Source: an uncultured Chloroflexia bacterium (GTDB lineage Bacteria > Chloroflexota > Limnocylindria > QHBO01). From it: a stretch of DNA of 64,000 bases. Shown piece by piece: positions 31,767 through 42,832 of the stretch. Both the position numbers and the translations under genes were made by a program. Position 1 is the first letter of the stretch. Each line of letters starts with the position of its first letter. Below the pieces are notes generated by a model that did no database searches, had not been told where the DNA came from, and saw only the letters and a program-made list of their open reading frames with translations. The stretch covers positions 3,187-67,186 of the forward strand of contig CAWIVT010000003.1 of NCBI GenBank assembly GCA_963839635.1. Direction: 5' to 3'.

Positions 31767-32951
31767 ATGAAGATCGCCGTCCCTCGCGAGACCGCCGATG
31801 GCGAGACCCGCGTCGCGCTCACTCCACAGATCGCTGGCCAGCTGATCGCCGACGGCGTCGAGGTCCTCGTCCAGGCCGGCGCCGGCGAGGCCTCGTCGAA
31901 CACCGACGAGGCATTCCGGGAGGCCGGCGCCACCATCGTTCCGGATGCGCCGGCCCTGTACGGGAAGGCGGACCTGGTGCTCCGCGTCGGCCGCCCCTCC
32001 GACGAGGAGGTCGAGATGCTACGCGATGGCTCGGTGCTCATCGGCACGCTGGGGACGCTCTCGAAGCCCGAGCTCGCCCAGAAGCTTGCGGAGCGCGGCG
32101 TGACGGCCATCAGCATGGACGCCATCCCGCGGATCACCCGCGCGCAGAGCATGGACACCCTCAGCTCGCAGGCCACGGTCGGCGGCTACAAGGCGGTACT
32201 GATCGCGGCCGAGCGGCTGCCCAAGTTCATGCCGCTGCTCACCACCGCGGCCGGCACCGTGCGTCCGGCGCGCGGCATCATCATGGGTGCGGGGGTCGCC
32301 GGCCTGATGGCCATCGGCACCGCGCGACGGCTCGGTGCGGTGGTGGAGGCGACCGACGTGCGCCCCGTCGTGAAGGAACAGGTCCAGAGCCTGGGCGCCA
32401 CCTTCATCGAGGTCGAGATGACCGAGGAGGAGAAGGCGAAGGCCGAGACCGCCGGCGGCTACGCGACCGAGATGAGCGACGACTACAAGCGCCGCCAGGC
32501 CGAGCTCATCGCCGAGCGCGTGAAGGAAGCCGACTTCGTCATCACCACGGCCCTCATCCCGGGCCGGCCGGCGCCGCGCCTGGTCACCGACGAGATGGTG
32601 AAGAGCATGAAACCCGGAAGCGTGATCGTCGACATGGCCGCCGAGATGGGCGGCAACGTCGAGGGGACGGAGCCGGGCAAGGAGGTCGTTCGCCACGGCG
32701 TCAGGATCATCGGCCTCACCAACCTGCCGGCCACCATGCCGGGCAGCGCGACGCAGATGTACGCCAAGAACATCCAGACGCTCGTCAAGCACCTCCTGGC
32801 CGACGGTGAGCTCAAGATCGACCTCGACGACGAGATCACGCGCGGCGCCACCATCACGCACGGCGGCAAGGTCGTCCACGAGGCGACCGCCAAGGCGCTC
32901 GGCATCGAGGTGGCCCCCGCCGCAACCCCCGAGACCAAGAAGGACGCGTAG
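31767..32951 (+). CDS. pntA: NAD(P) transhydrogenase alpha subunit part 1 (domain I)
   Basis: ETRVALTP, PRITRAQSMDTLSSQ, GAGVAGL, TTALIPGRPAP. Confidence 0.95.
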   Translation: MKIAVPRETADGETRVALTPQIAGQLIADGVEVLVQAGAGEASSNTDEAFREAGATIVPDAPALYGKADLVLRVGRPSDEEVEMLRDGSVLIGTLGTLSKPELAQKLAERGVTAISMDAIPRITRAQSMDTLSSQATVGGYKAVLIAAERLPKFMPLLTTAAGTVRPARGIIMGAGVAGLMAIGTARRLGAVVEATDVRPVVKEQVQSLGATFIEVEMTEEEKAKAETAGGYATEMSDDYKRRQAELIAERVKEADFVITTALIPGRPAPRLVTDEMVKSMKPGSVIVDMAAEMGGNVEGTEPGKEVVRHGVRIIGLTNLPATMPGSATQMYAKNIQTLVKHLLADGELKIDLDDEITRGATITHGGKVVHEATAKALGIEVAPAATPETKKDA

Positions 32952-32955
32952 ACCG

Positions 32956-33258
32956 ATGGAGCTTTCTGCCTTCGAGCTGCTGACGGCCCTCTTCATCCTC
33001 GTCCTCGCCGCATTCGTCGGCTACGAGGTCGTGTCGAAGGTGCCGACCATGCTCCACACGCCCCTCATGAGCGGCGCGAACGCCGTCCACGGCGTCATCG
33101 TCGTCGGGGCCATGCTGGTCGCGGCCACGGCCGGTGGCGCGGTCGGGATCATCCTCGCCCTGCTCGCCGTCATCCTGGGCACGATCAACGTCGTCGGCGG
33201 CTTCGTCGTGACCGATCGGATGCTCGAGATGTTCAAGAAGCGGCCCGGGGAGCGCTGA
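32956..33258 (+). CDS. pntAB: NAD(P) transhydrogenase alpha subunit part 2 (membrane)
   Basis: VPTMLHTPLMSGANAVHG, NVVGGFVVTDRMLEMF. Confidence 0.95.
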   Translation: MELSAFELLTALFILVLAAFVGYEVVSKVPTMLHTPLMSGANAVHGVIVVGAMLVAATAGGAVGIILALLAVILGTINVVGGFVVTDRMLEMFKKRPGER

Positions 33259-33260
33259 GA

Positions 33261-34664
<1,404 letters not shown>

Positions 34665-34719
34665 ACCTCGCTAACGCTCGGCGAGCCCGAGCCCATTGAG
34701 ACCGCTACCTGGCTGCGTC

Positions 34720-35325
34720 TCATAACCAGCCCCGTTCTCGCGCAAGCCGTGCGGCCGCCACGCGGTTCGTCACGCCGAGCTTGCCGATTGCCTCCGACAG
34801 GTAGTTCCGCACCGTTCCGTCCGAGAGGTGGAGGCGTGCGGCAATCTCCGAGTTGGCCAGCCCTTCGCCGGCCAGCCGCAGTACCTGCCGCTCCCGGTCG
34901 GTCAGCGGATCGGCGTCCCCCCACGCGTCCGCGGCGAGGGCCGGATCGATCGCCCGTCCGCCTGCGTGCACTGACCGGATGGCTGCGGCCAGGGTTGCCG
35001 ACGGTGCGTCTTTGAGCAGATAGCCGGCTGCGCCCGCGTCCAGGGCCCGGCGCAGGTAGCCGCTTCGCGCGAACGTGGTGAGGATCACCACCCGGGTCGG
35101 CAGCCCACGGCGTCGGATCTCGCCCGCGACCTCGAGCCCGGTCATGCCGGGCATCTCGATGTCGGTCAGCAGCACATCCGGCGCCAGGGCCTCGACGAGG
35201 CGCAGCGCATCTGTGCCGTCAGCCGCGGTCCCCGCGACGGTCAGGTCTCCCTCCATGTCGAGGAGGGCGCCCAGGGCGCCGAGCACCATGCGTTGGTCCT
35301 CGGCCAGCACGAGACGGATGGTCAC
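34720..35325 (-). CDS. DesR/NarL-family response regulator
   Basis: LAEDQ, TDIEMPG, TTFARSGYLRRAL, HTH GTVRNYLS. Confidence 0.93.
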   Translation of the reverse strand: MTIRLVLAEDQRMVLGALGALLDMEGDLTVAGTAADGTDALRLVEALAPDVLLTDIEMPGMTGLEVAGEIRRRGLPTRVVILTTFARSGYLRRALDAGAAGYLLKDAPSATLAAAIRSVHAGGRAIDPALAADAWGDADPLTDRERQVLRLAGEGLANSEIAARLHLSDGTVRNYLSEAIGKLGVTNRVAAARLARERGWL

Positions 35326-36452
35326 CGCGGCCCGAGTGATTCAGGCGCCGGGGCACCGGGCGCCGTCGTGTCCGATTCGACCGGCAGCGTGACGCGCACG
35401 CGCGTTCCCGATGCGCCGTCGCGCTTCACGGATCCGCCTAGGGCCGTGATCCGTTCGCGCATGCCGGTAAGGCCCGCCCCCTCGGACCCCGATCCACCCC
35501 GGCCGTCATCGGTCACCTCGAGCACGACGTCCGATCCTTCCATGCGGATGCGAACGCCGGTGTGTCGGGCGCCGGCGTGACGCACCACATTGGTCACCGA
35601 CTCCCGCAGTGCGAATGCCAACGCAGACTCGACGGCAATCGGCAGGGAAGCAAGCTCGGTCTCGAAGGTCGTTTCGACGCCGGCGGCGTCGAGCGCGCGC
35701 CGAGCGCCCTCGAGCTCGCCACGCAGGCCTCTTGCGCGGTAGCCAGCCACCGCCGCGCGGACCTCCGAGAGCGCTTCGCGACCGATACGCTCCACGCTGC
35801 GCATCTCCTCACCCGCGCGCCCCGGCTCGCGCTCGACAAGGCGTGCCGCCAGCTCGGACTTCACAACGATCACCGACAGCGTATGCCCCAGCAGGTCGTG
35901 AAGGTCGCGGGCGATGCGTTCCCGCTCGGCGAGCGTGGCGAGACGCTCGATCTCTTCGTCGGCTCGCCGCAGCCGACGCTCCGCACGCTCGCGCTCGGCG
36001 TCGAAGACGTTCGCGGCACCGATCACGACTGTGAAGATGAGCGCGGGTGCATGCGCGAACAGCCGCCATGGCAGTGGAACGGGTGAGATGAGAACGATGA
36101 TGCCGACCACGATGACCAGGGCGACGATGACCTGCACCGCGCGTCGAACCGGTGCGAGGTATGCAGCACAGGACGCCGCGTAGATGACGAACACACTGGC
36201 GCCGCTGTTCAGCAACGAGCCCGCAACGCCGAGCGCCGCCATGGCGACCACGAGCTGGAGGACTCGTCGGTCGTCGGGGGCCCTGAACCCGGCGAAGTAG
36301 AGCGGCAGGAAAGCGGCGATCAACCCGGCGACCACGGCCCAGTCGAGTGGGCCGGCCGCCGGGTCGAAGATGGGTTGGAAGAAGAGCGTCCCGAGGTAGA
36401 CGAGCCAGACGTAGCGCATCCACTTCGTGCCGTCGGGCGGCTGGTTGATCAT
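35322..36452 (-). CDS. DesK-like membrane histidine kinase (HisKA_3)
   Basis: Five TMs, ERERIARDLHDLLGHTLS, RESVTNVVRH, DDGRG, GLTGMRER. Confidence 0.92.
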   Translation of the reverse strand: MINQPPDGTKWMRYVWLVYLGTLFFQPIFDPAAGPLDWAVVAGLIAAFLPLYFAGFRAPDDRRVLQLVVAMAALGVAGSLLNSGASVFVIYAASCAAYLAPVRRAVQVIVALVIVVGIIVLISPVPLPWRLFAHAPALIFTVVIGAANVFDAERERAERRLRRADEEIERLATLAERERIARDLHDLLGHTLSVIVVKSELAARLVEREPGRAGEEMRSVERIGREALSEVRAAVAGYRARGLRGELEGARRALDAAGVETTFETELASLPIAVESALAFALRESVTNVVRHAGARHTGVRIRMEGSDVVLEVTDDGRGGSGSEGAGLTGMRERITALGGSVKRDGASGTRVRVTLPVESDTTAPGAPAPESLGPR

Positions 36453-36462
36453 GCCGTGGCCC

Positions 36463-37275
36463 TCATCCGTAGGTGCGTCCCTCGTCGCGCCGGTAGCCCC
36501 AACCGGCCACAGCCAGGAAGACGATCGTGAAACCGAGCAACGCTCCGACATGGAGCAGCGAGCTTCCGCCTTCATCCGCGCCGAACGTCCCGAGGGCGAG
36601 CTGAGCGAAATGATACGGCGGGAGGAATGGCGCGATCGACTGCACCAGCTCGGGCAATTGGAAGAGCGGGATCCACAGGCCTGAAGCAAAGGCCATCGGC
36701 AGGTAGACAAGGTTCAGCACCGCGGGCGCCGAGTTCGGCCCGACGAGGTAGCCGAAGGCCAGGCCCATCGCGCAGAAGGGCAGGGCGCCGATGACGAGGA
36801 CGGCCGCCAGGCTCATCCACTGGTCCGCCGGCATGCGCACGCCGCCCACGGTGGCCCCGAGCACGAACAGCGCTGCAACGATGAGCGCAGCGAACGACGC
36901 GCTCATGACCACCTTGGCGACGAAATAGGCGAGTGGCGGCATCGGCGAGACTCGCTTGAGGCGCATCCATCCCTGCCCACGCTCCATGGCGACGCTGACG
37001 CCGAAGCCGAAGAGCGCGGAGCCGATGACGCCGAACGCGCCGTAGGTCGCCAGCATGTAGGTCGTCACGCCGACGCCGTTGGTGCTCTCGTCGGCGAAGG
37101 TGAGCCCGAAGATGACGTAGAACATCAGCGGGAATGCGATCGTGCTGATCGCGAAGATCGGCACCCGGATGAGCTTGAGGAACTCGTGTGCTGCCTCGGT
37201 GCGGTAGATCCGCAGGAGGCTCGGGCGGCGGCTGCCGGCAGTCGCCATCGGTCGGGTATCGGTCATGCCGGTCAT
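36463..37275 (-). CDS. ABC-2 permease (YvfS-like)
   Basis: ERGQGWMRLKRVSP, SGLWIP, six TMs. Confidence 0.9.
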   Translation of the reverse strand: MTGMTDTRPMATAGSRRPSLLRIYRTEAAHEFLKLIRVPIFAISTIAFPLMFYVIFGLTFADESTNGVGVTTYMLATYGAFGVIGSALFGFGVSVAMERGQGWMRLKRVSPMPPLAYFVAKVVMSASFAALIVAALFVLGATVGGVRMPADQWMSLAAVLVIGALPFCAMGLAFGYLVGPNSAPAVLNLVYLPMAFASGLWIPLFQLPELVQSIAPFLPPYHFAQLALGTFGADEGGSSLLHVGALLGFTIVFLAVAGWGYRRDEGRTYG

Positions 37276-38204
37276 GCGGCTGCCTCCTGCGTGGTGGTCG
37301 TCAGGGCCAGAAATGCCTCTTCGAGGCTCGGCTCAACGACGGTGAGATTGGTGATCGATGGATCGCGAGCCAGGAGCTCGCGCAGTGCCGGTTCGGCGGT
37401 TGCCGTCAGGATCTCGAGCCAGGTGCCGTCGCGTGATGCCCGCTGCACGCCAGCGAACCCCTCCGCGTCGGCGACGCTGACCGAGCTCTGGGCCCGAATG
37501 CGCCGGCCCGGGACCTGGGCCTTGATCTCGAATGGCGAGCCCTCGGCGATGATGCGGCCGCGGTCGAGTACCACGATCCGGTCGGCCAGGGCGTCGGCCT
37601 CCTCGAGGTAATGGGTGGTGAGCACGACGCCGCGACCCGCGGCAGTCAGGTCTCGAAGCGTCGCCCAGAGGCCACGCCGGACTTCGACATCGAGGCCTGT
37701 CGTCGGCTCATCGAAGAAGAGGAGCTCGGGGTTGCCGCACAGCGCGATTCCGAACAGGACGCGTCGCTGCTGGCCGCCGGACAACTCGCCATACAGCCGT
37801 CGCTCCAGGCCATCGAGCCCGGCCGCAGCCACGACGGCGGACAGCGGCAGCGGATCGGGATAGTAGCCCCGGAACTCGTTCAGCAGCTCAGCGACACGTA
37901 GCGTCTCGGGCACGCCTGAGGCCTGGAGCATGACGCCCACCTTCTGTCGGGCCCCAATGTCGTGCGGGTCGCGACCAAAGAGGCTGGCCGCCCCGCTGGT
38001 CGGGCGGCGCAGGCCCGTGAGCATGCTGATTGCCGTCGTCTTGCCGGCGCCGTTCGGGCCGAGCACGGCGAGCAGCTCACCGCTGCGGACGGTCAGGTCG
38101 ATGTTTGTGACCGCTTCGACGTTGCCGAATCGTTTGGTGGCATTGCGGAGCTCGGCTACCACCGCTCCGCGCTCACCCTGTGGAGTCTGTTCGTTCGTGA
38201 TCAT
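37272..38204 (-). CDS. ABC ATP-binding protein (YvfR-like)
   Basis: GPNGAGKT, LSGGQQRR, DEPTTGLD, TTHYLEEAD. Confidence 0.94.
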   Translation of the reverse strand: MITNEQTPQGERGAVVAELRNATKRFGNVEAVTNIDLTVRSGELLAVLGPNGAGKTTAISMLTGLRRPTSGAASLFGRDPHDIGARQKVGVMLQASGVPETLRVAELLNEFRGYYPDPLPLSAVVAAAGLDGLERRLYGELSGGQQRRVLFGIALCGNPELLFFDEPTTGLDVEVRRGLWATLRDLTAAGRGVVLTTHYLEEADALADRIVVLDRGRIIAEGSPFEIKAQVPGRRIRAQSSVSVADAEGFAGVQRASRDGTWLEILTATAEPALRELLARDPSITNLTVVEPSLEEAFLALTTTTQEAAA

Positions 38205-38245
38205 GCGGCCATGCTGTCGCCGCCGGAAGCCCGTCGGTAGTGCGG

Positions 38246-38276
38246 CGAATCACCGATTCGACGTGACAATCGTCAC
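38246..38276. promoter_or_regulatory. Two inverted repeats upstream of the ABC-DesKR operon (candidate DesR-type operator)
   Basis: CGAATC-acc-GATTCG (38246-38260) and GTGAC-aatc-GTCAC (38263-38276), 40-70 bp upstream of the ATG at 38204. Confidence 0.45.
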
Positions 38277-38483
38277 TGTGCCGAAGTCTCCGGAGGTCAA
38301 GCCGGCCTGATTCCGGGGCGTCGAAGGAGCCGTCGAGGCCGCCGGGGAGACCTCTCGAGAGATTTATGCCAAGTGCGCGTCACGGGCGGATGTGGCCCCA
38401 CTCGCTGACACCTGCGGCCCTCAGCGGGCAGGACGACCGGCACGAACACGCCGCAGCGGCCGTGCCGCTGTCATGTGAATCTG

Positions 38484-38873
38484 TCAAAAACGCGACGAAG
38501 GACGCCTCGTCGACCACCAGGCGGCCGCGATGAGTGGGATCTGGAGCGGCAGCCGCGCCCAGCGGATCCAGCCGGTCGGCACTCCTTCGATCGGCACCTG
38601 GCTCACGGCTGCGTAGACATTCGCCGGGAAGACGAGCGCAAGGAACGCGGCCAGGGCAAGGCCAGCCGGGCGCCGGAAGCGTGGAGGACCGACGAGGCCG
38701 CCCGCCAACACAAGCTCCATGATGCCGGTGATTGCGACCAGCTCCGCTCGAAATGACACCACGTCGGGCAGATGCTGTATGTACGGGCGCGGCGCCACGA
38801 AGTGGGAAGCGCCTGAGATGGCCATGGCGACCGCAAGTCCGATGCGAACGAAGCGGCGGAGAGCGGTGATCAT
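38484..38873 (-). CDS. DoxX-family membrane protein
   Basis: GASHF, TGIMEL, LVFPANVY, RLPLQ. Confidence 0.85.
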   Translation of the reverse strand: MITALRRFVRIGLAVAMAISGASHFVAPRPYIQHLPDVVSFRAELVAITGIMELVLAGGLVGPPRFRRPAGLALAAFLALVFPANVYAAVSQVPIEGVPTGWIRWARLPLQIPLIAAAWWSTRRPSSRF

Positions 38874-38963
38874 CCGGTCACGCTACCCCACGGCGGCTTT
38901 GCCGGTCGTTCGGGAGACGGGTCATCGGACGTCCCAAGATGGCGGGGAACGTGCCATGACGAC

Positions 38964-39149
38964 CGGCTCGCCCTCCTGGCGCCGATCGTCATGGGCATGC
39001 TCGGCGAGCGCGGCGGCGCGGCCACGGGCTCAGGTGGGTCGGGCGGTTTCGGGATCGACGACATCGGCGACCTGCTGAACCGCGAGAAGGAGGACGCCCG
39101 CACCAGGAACCCCGACATCGGCGACATCCTCGACGGCTTCAAGAAGTAG
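38964..39149 (+). pseudogene. C-terminal remnant of a DUF937-like protein
   Basis: Reads RLALLAPIVMGMLG..GGFGIDDIGDLLNRE..DIGDILDGFKK-stop; no plausible in-frame start upstream of the LLAPIVMG motif. Confidence 0.55.
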
Positions 39150-39177
39150 CGAGTCCTCGTTCGGCTAGCATCGCCCT

Positions 39178-39837
39178 GTGACAGTGCGCTGGGTCTGCCT
39201 CGACGTCGGGGAGACGTTGATCGACGAGACGCGCATCTGGTCGATCTGGGCCGACGAGCTCGGCATCCCTCGCCTCACGTTCCTCGCCGCACTCGGTGCC
39301 GTGATCGAGCGGGGTGGCGAGCATCGCGACGTCTTCGGGATCTTCGGCGTCGAGGACTGGGAGCGGCGGATGCCGTCGGTGGAGCGAGCCTACGGCGGCT
39401 TCCGGGCCGAGGACCTGTACCCCGATGCGATTCGGTCGCTCGAGGCGCTCAGTGAGGCCGGATACCGGCTGGCCATCGTCGCCAACCAGCCGGACGTGCG
39501 CGCCCGTCAGCTCGTGGCCGCTGGCATCGACACCGAGGTGATGGCGATGAGCGAGGGGCTCGGTGCGGCGAAGCCGGACGCCGCATTCTTCGAGCGTGCC
39601 GTCGCGCTGATGGGCGACCCTGACCCGGCGTCGGTCGCGTACGTCGGCGATCGCGTCGACAACGACGTCCTGCCGGCCAGCGCGTACGGAATGCGCGCCG
39701 TCTGGCTTCGGCGAGGGCCATGGGGAGCCATCCAGCGGCTGCCCGTGGACATGTCGCCCGCGCTGACCGTCGACACGCTCGACGAGCTGGTGGAGCGCAT
39801 CGGTGACGCCTGGCCCGTCGAGTCGTCCGAGGGCTAG
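39178..39837 (+). CDS. HAD-family hydrolase
   Basis: LDVGETLID, IVANQ, KPDAAFF, YVGDRVDNDV. Confidence 0.9.
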   Translation: MTVRWVCLDVGETLIDETRIWSIWADELGIPRLTFLAALGAVIERGGEHRDVFGIFGVEDWERRMPSVERAYGGFRAEDLYPDAIRSLEALSEAGYRLAIVANQPDVRARQLVAAGIDTEVMAMSEGLGAAKPDAAFFERAVALMGDPDPASVAYVGDRVDNDVLPASAYGMRAVWLRRGPWGAIQRLPVDMSPALTVDTLDELVERIGDAWPVESSEG

Positions 39838-39841
39838 CGGC

Positions 39842-41503
39842 TCACGCTCGGCGACGCGTCTGCAGGATGGCGGCGACCTCGCGGTCGCTGACGCCGAAGC
39901 GGCGCAAGGCGTGCCGGATGAGCTCGTTTCCGAGCTCACGCTCGGCGACCACGACGCGCCCCGCGCCGAGTCGGCGAAGCTCGGCCTCCTCGGCCTCTGA
40001 GTGCGCGCGCGCAACGATCTCGCTCCGAGGATTCCGAGAGCGCGCGTAGATGACCGCCTGGCGCGTGGCGAGGGCGTCGGGCATGGCAACGATGACGGCG
40101 TGTGCCTCGGCCACGCCCGCCAGCTCGAGGACCGACGGCGTGCCGGCGTCGCCGTAGATGATCGGGCCACCGGCCTCGCGCGCCTCGCGCGCCACCTGAT
40201 AGTCACCCTCGACCGCGACCCACGCAAAGCCGCGCGAGTCCAGGACTCGAGCGACCGACCGCCCGACGCGGCCGTAGCCGAGGATGACGGCATGGCGGCG
40301 CAGCCCGCTCGGCGGGTCATCGCCCGGCATCGGTTGCTGGGGCACGACCTCGTCGAGGCGTGCTCCCAGGCGCTCCGCGCCGGCCAGCAGCGGTCCGGCA
40401 GTCAGGATCGAGAGCACGACCGCGCCCATGGCCAGCGTGAAGGTGTCTCGATCGACCGCGCCGAGTGCCAGCCCCGCCGAGGCGAGCACGAAGCTGAACT
40501 CACCGCTCTGACCGATGAGCGCGCCTGCGCGAAGGGCCGACGATGGGCGCTGGCCGTCGAACAGCGACAGGGCTGCGATCGGCAGGGCCTTGCCGAGCGT
40601 GATGATCAGCAGGAGCGCCAGCACGACCGGCCATGCCCCGACGATGGCGCTCGGCTCGAGCAGGATGCCGATCGAGACGAAGAAGAACGTGCTGAACAGC
40701 TCGCGCAGCGGAACGATCTCCCCGAGCACGCTCGCGGTGAGGTCCGAGTCGGCAAGGGCCAGCCCGGCGACGAAGGCCCCGAGCGCCACACTGACACCCA
40801 GCGAGCTGGCGGCGAACGCGGTGCCGATCGCGATGACGGCCACGCTGATGACGAACAGCTCGCGTGAGCGCAGGCCGGCGACGAATCCGAGCAGGCGCGG
40901 CAGGAAGCGCGACCCACCGATCACGACGAGCGCCACGAAGCCGATGGCGACCGCCCCGGCGAGCACCAGGCTGAGGACCGACTCCTCCGCCTGGCTGCCG
41001 ATTGCGGAGAGGGCGACGACGAGCACGACGGTGAGGAGGTCCTGCACGATCGACACGCCTAACGCGGTTCGGCCGTGCGTGGTGGTGTGCAGGGTGCCTT
41101 CGCCCGCCACCTTGACCAGGACCACGGTCGATGCCACCGCAACCGCGGCACCGATGAACAGCGCTTCGATCAGCTCCCACCCAAGGACCAATCCCGTGGC
41201 GGTGCCGATGGCCATCGTGAGCGCCACCTGCACCGGGGTTCCGGCCAGGATCCGGCCACCAACGGACCGAAGCTCGCCGATGCTGAACTGCAGCCCGATG
41301 CTGAACATCAGCAGCGCGACGCCGATGTCGGCGAGCGCGAGAACCTCCTCGCGGTCGGCGACGAAGCCGGGCGTGAAGGGTCCGACGACGGTCCCGGCGG
41401 CGATGTAGCCGAGCATCGTCGGAAGGCGGAGCCGATGGGCGATTGCGCCGAGCACCAGGGCGGCGCCCAGCGCGACCAGCAGCGTCAGCCCCAGGCCGGT
41501 CAC
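39842..41503 (-). CDS. CPA2 cation:proton antiporter with TrkA-N domain (YbaL/KefB-like)
   Basis: GVALLMFSIGL, VQDL, LGAFVAG, FFVSIG, QSGEFSF, ILGYGRVG. Confidence 0.92.
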   Translation of the reverse strand: MTGLGLTLLVALGAALVLGAIAHRLRLPTMLGYIAAGTVVGPFTPGFVADREEVLALADIGVALLMFSIGLQFSIGELRSVGGRILAGTPVQVALTMAIGTATGLVLGWELIEALFIGAAVAVASTVVLVKVAGEGTLHTTTHGRTALGVSIVQDLLTVVLVVALSAIGSQAEESVLSLVLAGAVAIGFVALVVIGGSRFLPRLLGFVAGLRSRELFVISVAVIAIGTAFAASSLGVSVALGAFVAGLALADSDLTASVLGEIVPLRELFSTFFFVSIGILLEPSAIVGAWPVVLALLLIITLGKALPIAALSLFDGQRPSSALRAGALIGQSGEFSFVLASAGLALGAVDRDTFTLAMGAVVLSILTAGPLLAGAERLGARLDEVVPQQPMPGDDPPSGLRRHAVILGYGRVGRSVARVLDSRGFAWVAVEGDYQVAREAREAGGPIIYGDAGTPSVLELAGVAEAHAVIVAMPDALATRQAVIYARSRNPRSEIVARAHSEAEEAELRRLGAGRVVVAERELGNELIRHALRRFGVSDREVAAILQTRRRA

Positions 41504-41599
41504 GGCACGGACCGGCAGTCGGCGGCGCAGGGCGTCGTCGGCGGCATGGGCGGATCATACCGGCCACTCCCGCTGGACCCCCACCGAGACGCTACGATT

Positions 41600-41704
41600 C
41601 GGCTGGGTACGGCGGAAGCCACGCTCATCGGCTGGGGCATGGTGCCGGGCGGCGAGGTCGGCATCGTCGTCGCCGGCCTTGGACTCCAGATCGGCGCGAT
41701 CGAG
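41600..41704 (+). pseudogene. Short internal fragment of a NapA/GerN-type antiporter
   Basis: RLGTAEATLIGWGMVPGGEVGIVVAGLGLQIGAIE resembles the conserved GMxPRGEVG helix; no flanking gene body. Confidence 0.55.
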
Positions 41705-41773
41705 GTCCAGACGGTGCGGGGCCCGATTATCGAACCGAGGACGACGAGGACTGAAGCGATCCACGACTCAGGT

Positions 41774-42832
41774 TTACGCGGGTAGGCGGAACCAAATTTC
41801 GGTGCGTCCGCCTTCGGATCTGGCCCCGACCGCGCCGCCGTGCGCCTCGACGATCTGGCGCACGATGGCGAGGCCGATTCCGGCGCCACCGGTGCCACGC
41901 GTTCGCGATCGGTCGACTCGGTGAAGCCGCTCCCAGATGAGCGGAAGCTCGGCGGGGGGGATCTGTGCGCCGGTGTTCGTGATGGCGCAGAGGATCGACG
42001 ACTCCTCGGACCGTAGGCGGACGGTGATGTCACCTCCGTCGGTGGTGTAGCGCGCGGCATTTTGGACGAGATTGGCAACGACCTGGCCGATGGCGTCCGG
42101 GTCGGCCACCAGCTTCGGCACCTGCCCTTCCTCCATCCGCACAGCGATCGCCCGGCTGGCGAGCTCGGGCGCCTTGAGGTCGAGCGCACGCCGAATCACC
42201 TCGCCCAGGTTGACCTCGACGCGCGCGCGGTCACGTGCGACCGCCGTCGTGCGTGCGAGCGCGTCCAGCTGCTCCACCAGCCGGGTGAGGCGCTCGATCT
42301 CCTCGTGCACCGTCCGCAGCATCTCCGGCGTCGGCTCCACGACGCCGTCGGCAAGCGCCTCGGTGAAACCGCGCAGGCTGGTGAGCGGTGTCCGCAGCTC
42401 GTGCGCAACGTCCTCCACCAGTGCCGTCCGAAGCTCCTCCACGCGCTGGAGCGTAGCGGCCATCTGGTTGAACGCCCTCGCGACCTCACGCAGCTCGCGG
42501 TCCGGTGGCTCGGCGACGCGCGCCTCGAGATCGCCGACGGTCACCTGGCGAGTGGCCGCCGCCAGCTTCGCAAGTGGCCGCAGGACCCGGCGTACCAGCC
42601 AATAGGCGATGATCGTCCCCAACGCGACCCCGGCCGCGGCCCCAATGGCCACCACGCGAGCGATGTACTCGTCGGCCATCGCCCTGGCCTCCTCCTCGGT
42701 CTCGATCCCCTCCATGAGGAGCTGCGTGATCTGCTCGGTGCTGAAGCGCTGCACGGCGAGGACGACGACGACCGCCACGACGACCGAGGCCAGGACGACC
42801 GCAAGGATGAGGCGTGCACGCAGGGTCGTCAT
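41774..42832 (-). CDS. BaeS-like HAMP sensor histidine kinase
   Basis: Two TMs, HAMP, VAHELRTPL, NLVQNAARY, GGAGIGLAI. Confidence 0.92.
   Translation of the reverse strand: MTTLRARLILAVVLASVVVAVVVVLAVQRFSTEQITQLLMEGIETEEEARAMADEYIARVVAIGAAAGVALGTIIAYWLVRRVLRPLAKLAAATRQVTVGDLEARVAEPPDRELREVARAFNQMAATLQRVEELRTALVEDVAHELRTPLTSLRGFTEALADGVVEPTPEMLRTVHEEIERLTRLVEQLDALARTTAVARDRARVEVNLGEVIRRALDLKAPELASRAIAVRMEEGQVPKLVADPDAIGQVVANLVQNAARYTTDGGDITVRLRSEESSILCAITNTGAQIPPAELPLIWERLHRVDRSRTRGTGGAGIGLAIVRQIVEAHGGAVGARSEGGRTEIWFRLPA

Noticed and set aside
38277-38483. About 200-bp non-coding gap as a possible ncRNA or riboswitch
   Set aside because: No recognisable riboswitch or tRNA motif or long stable stem seen by eye; a covariance-model search would be needed.
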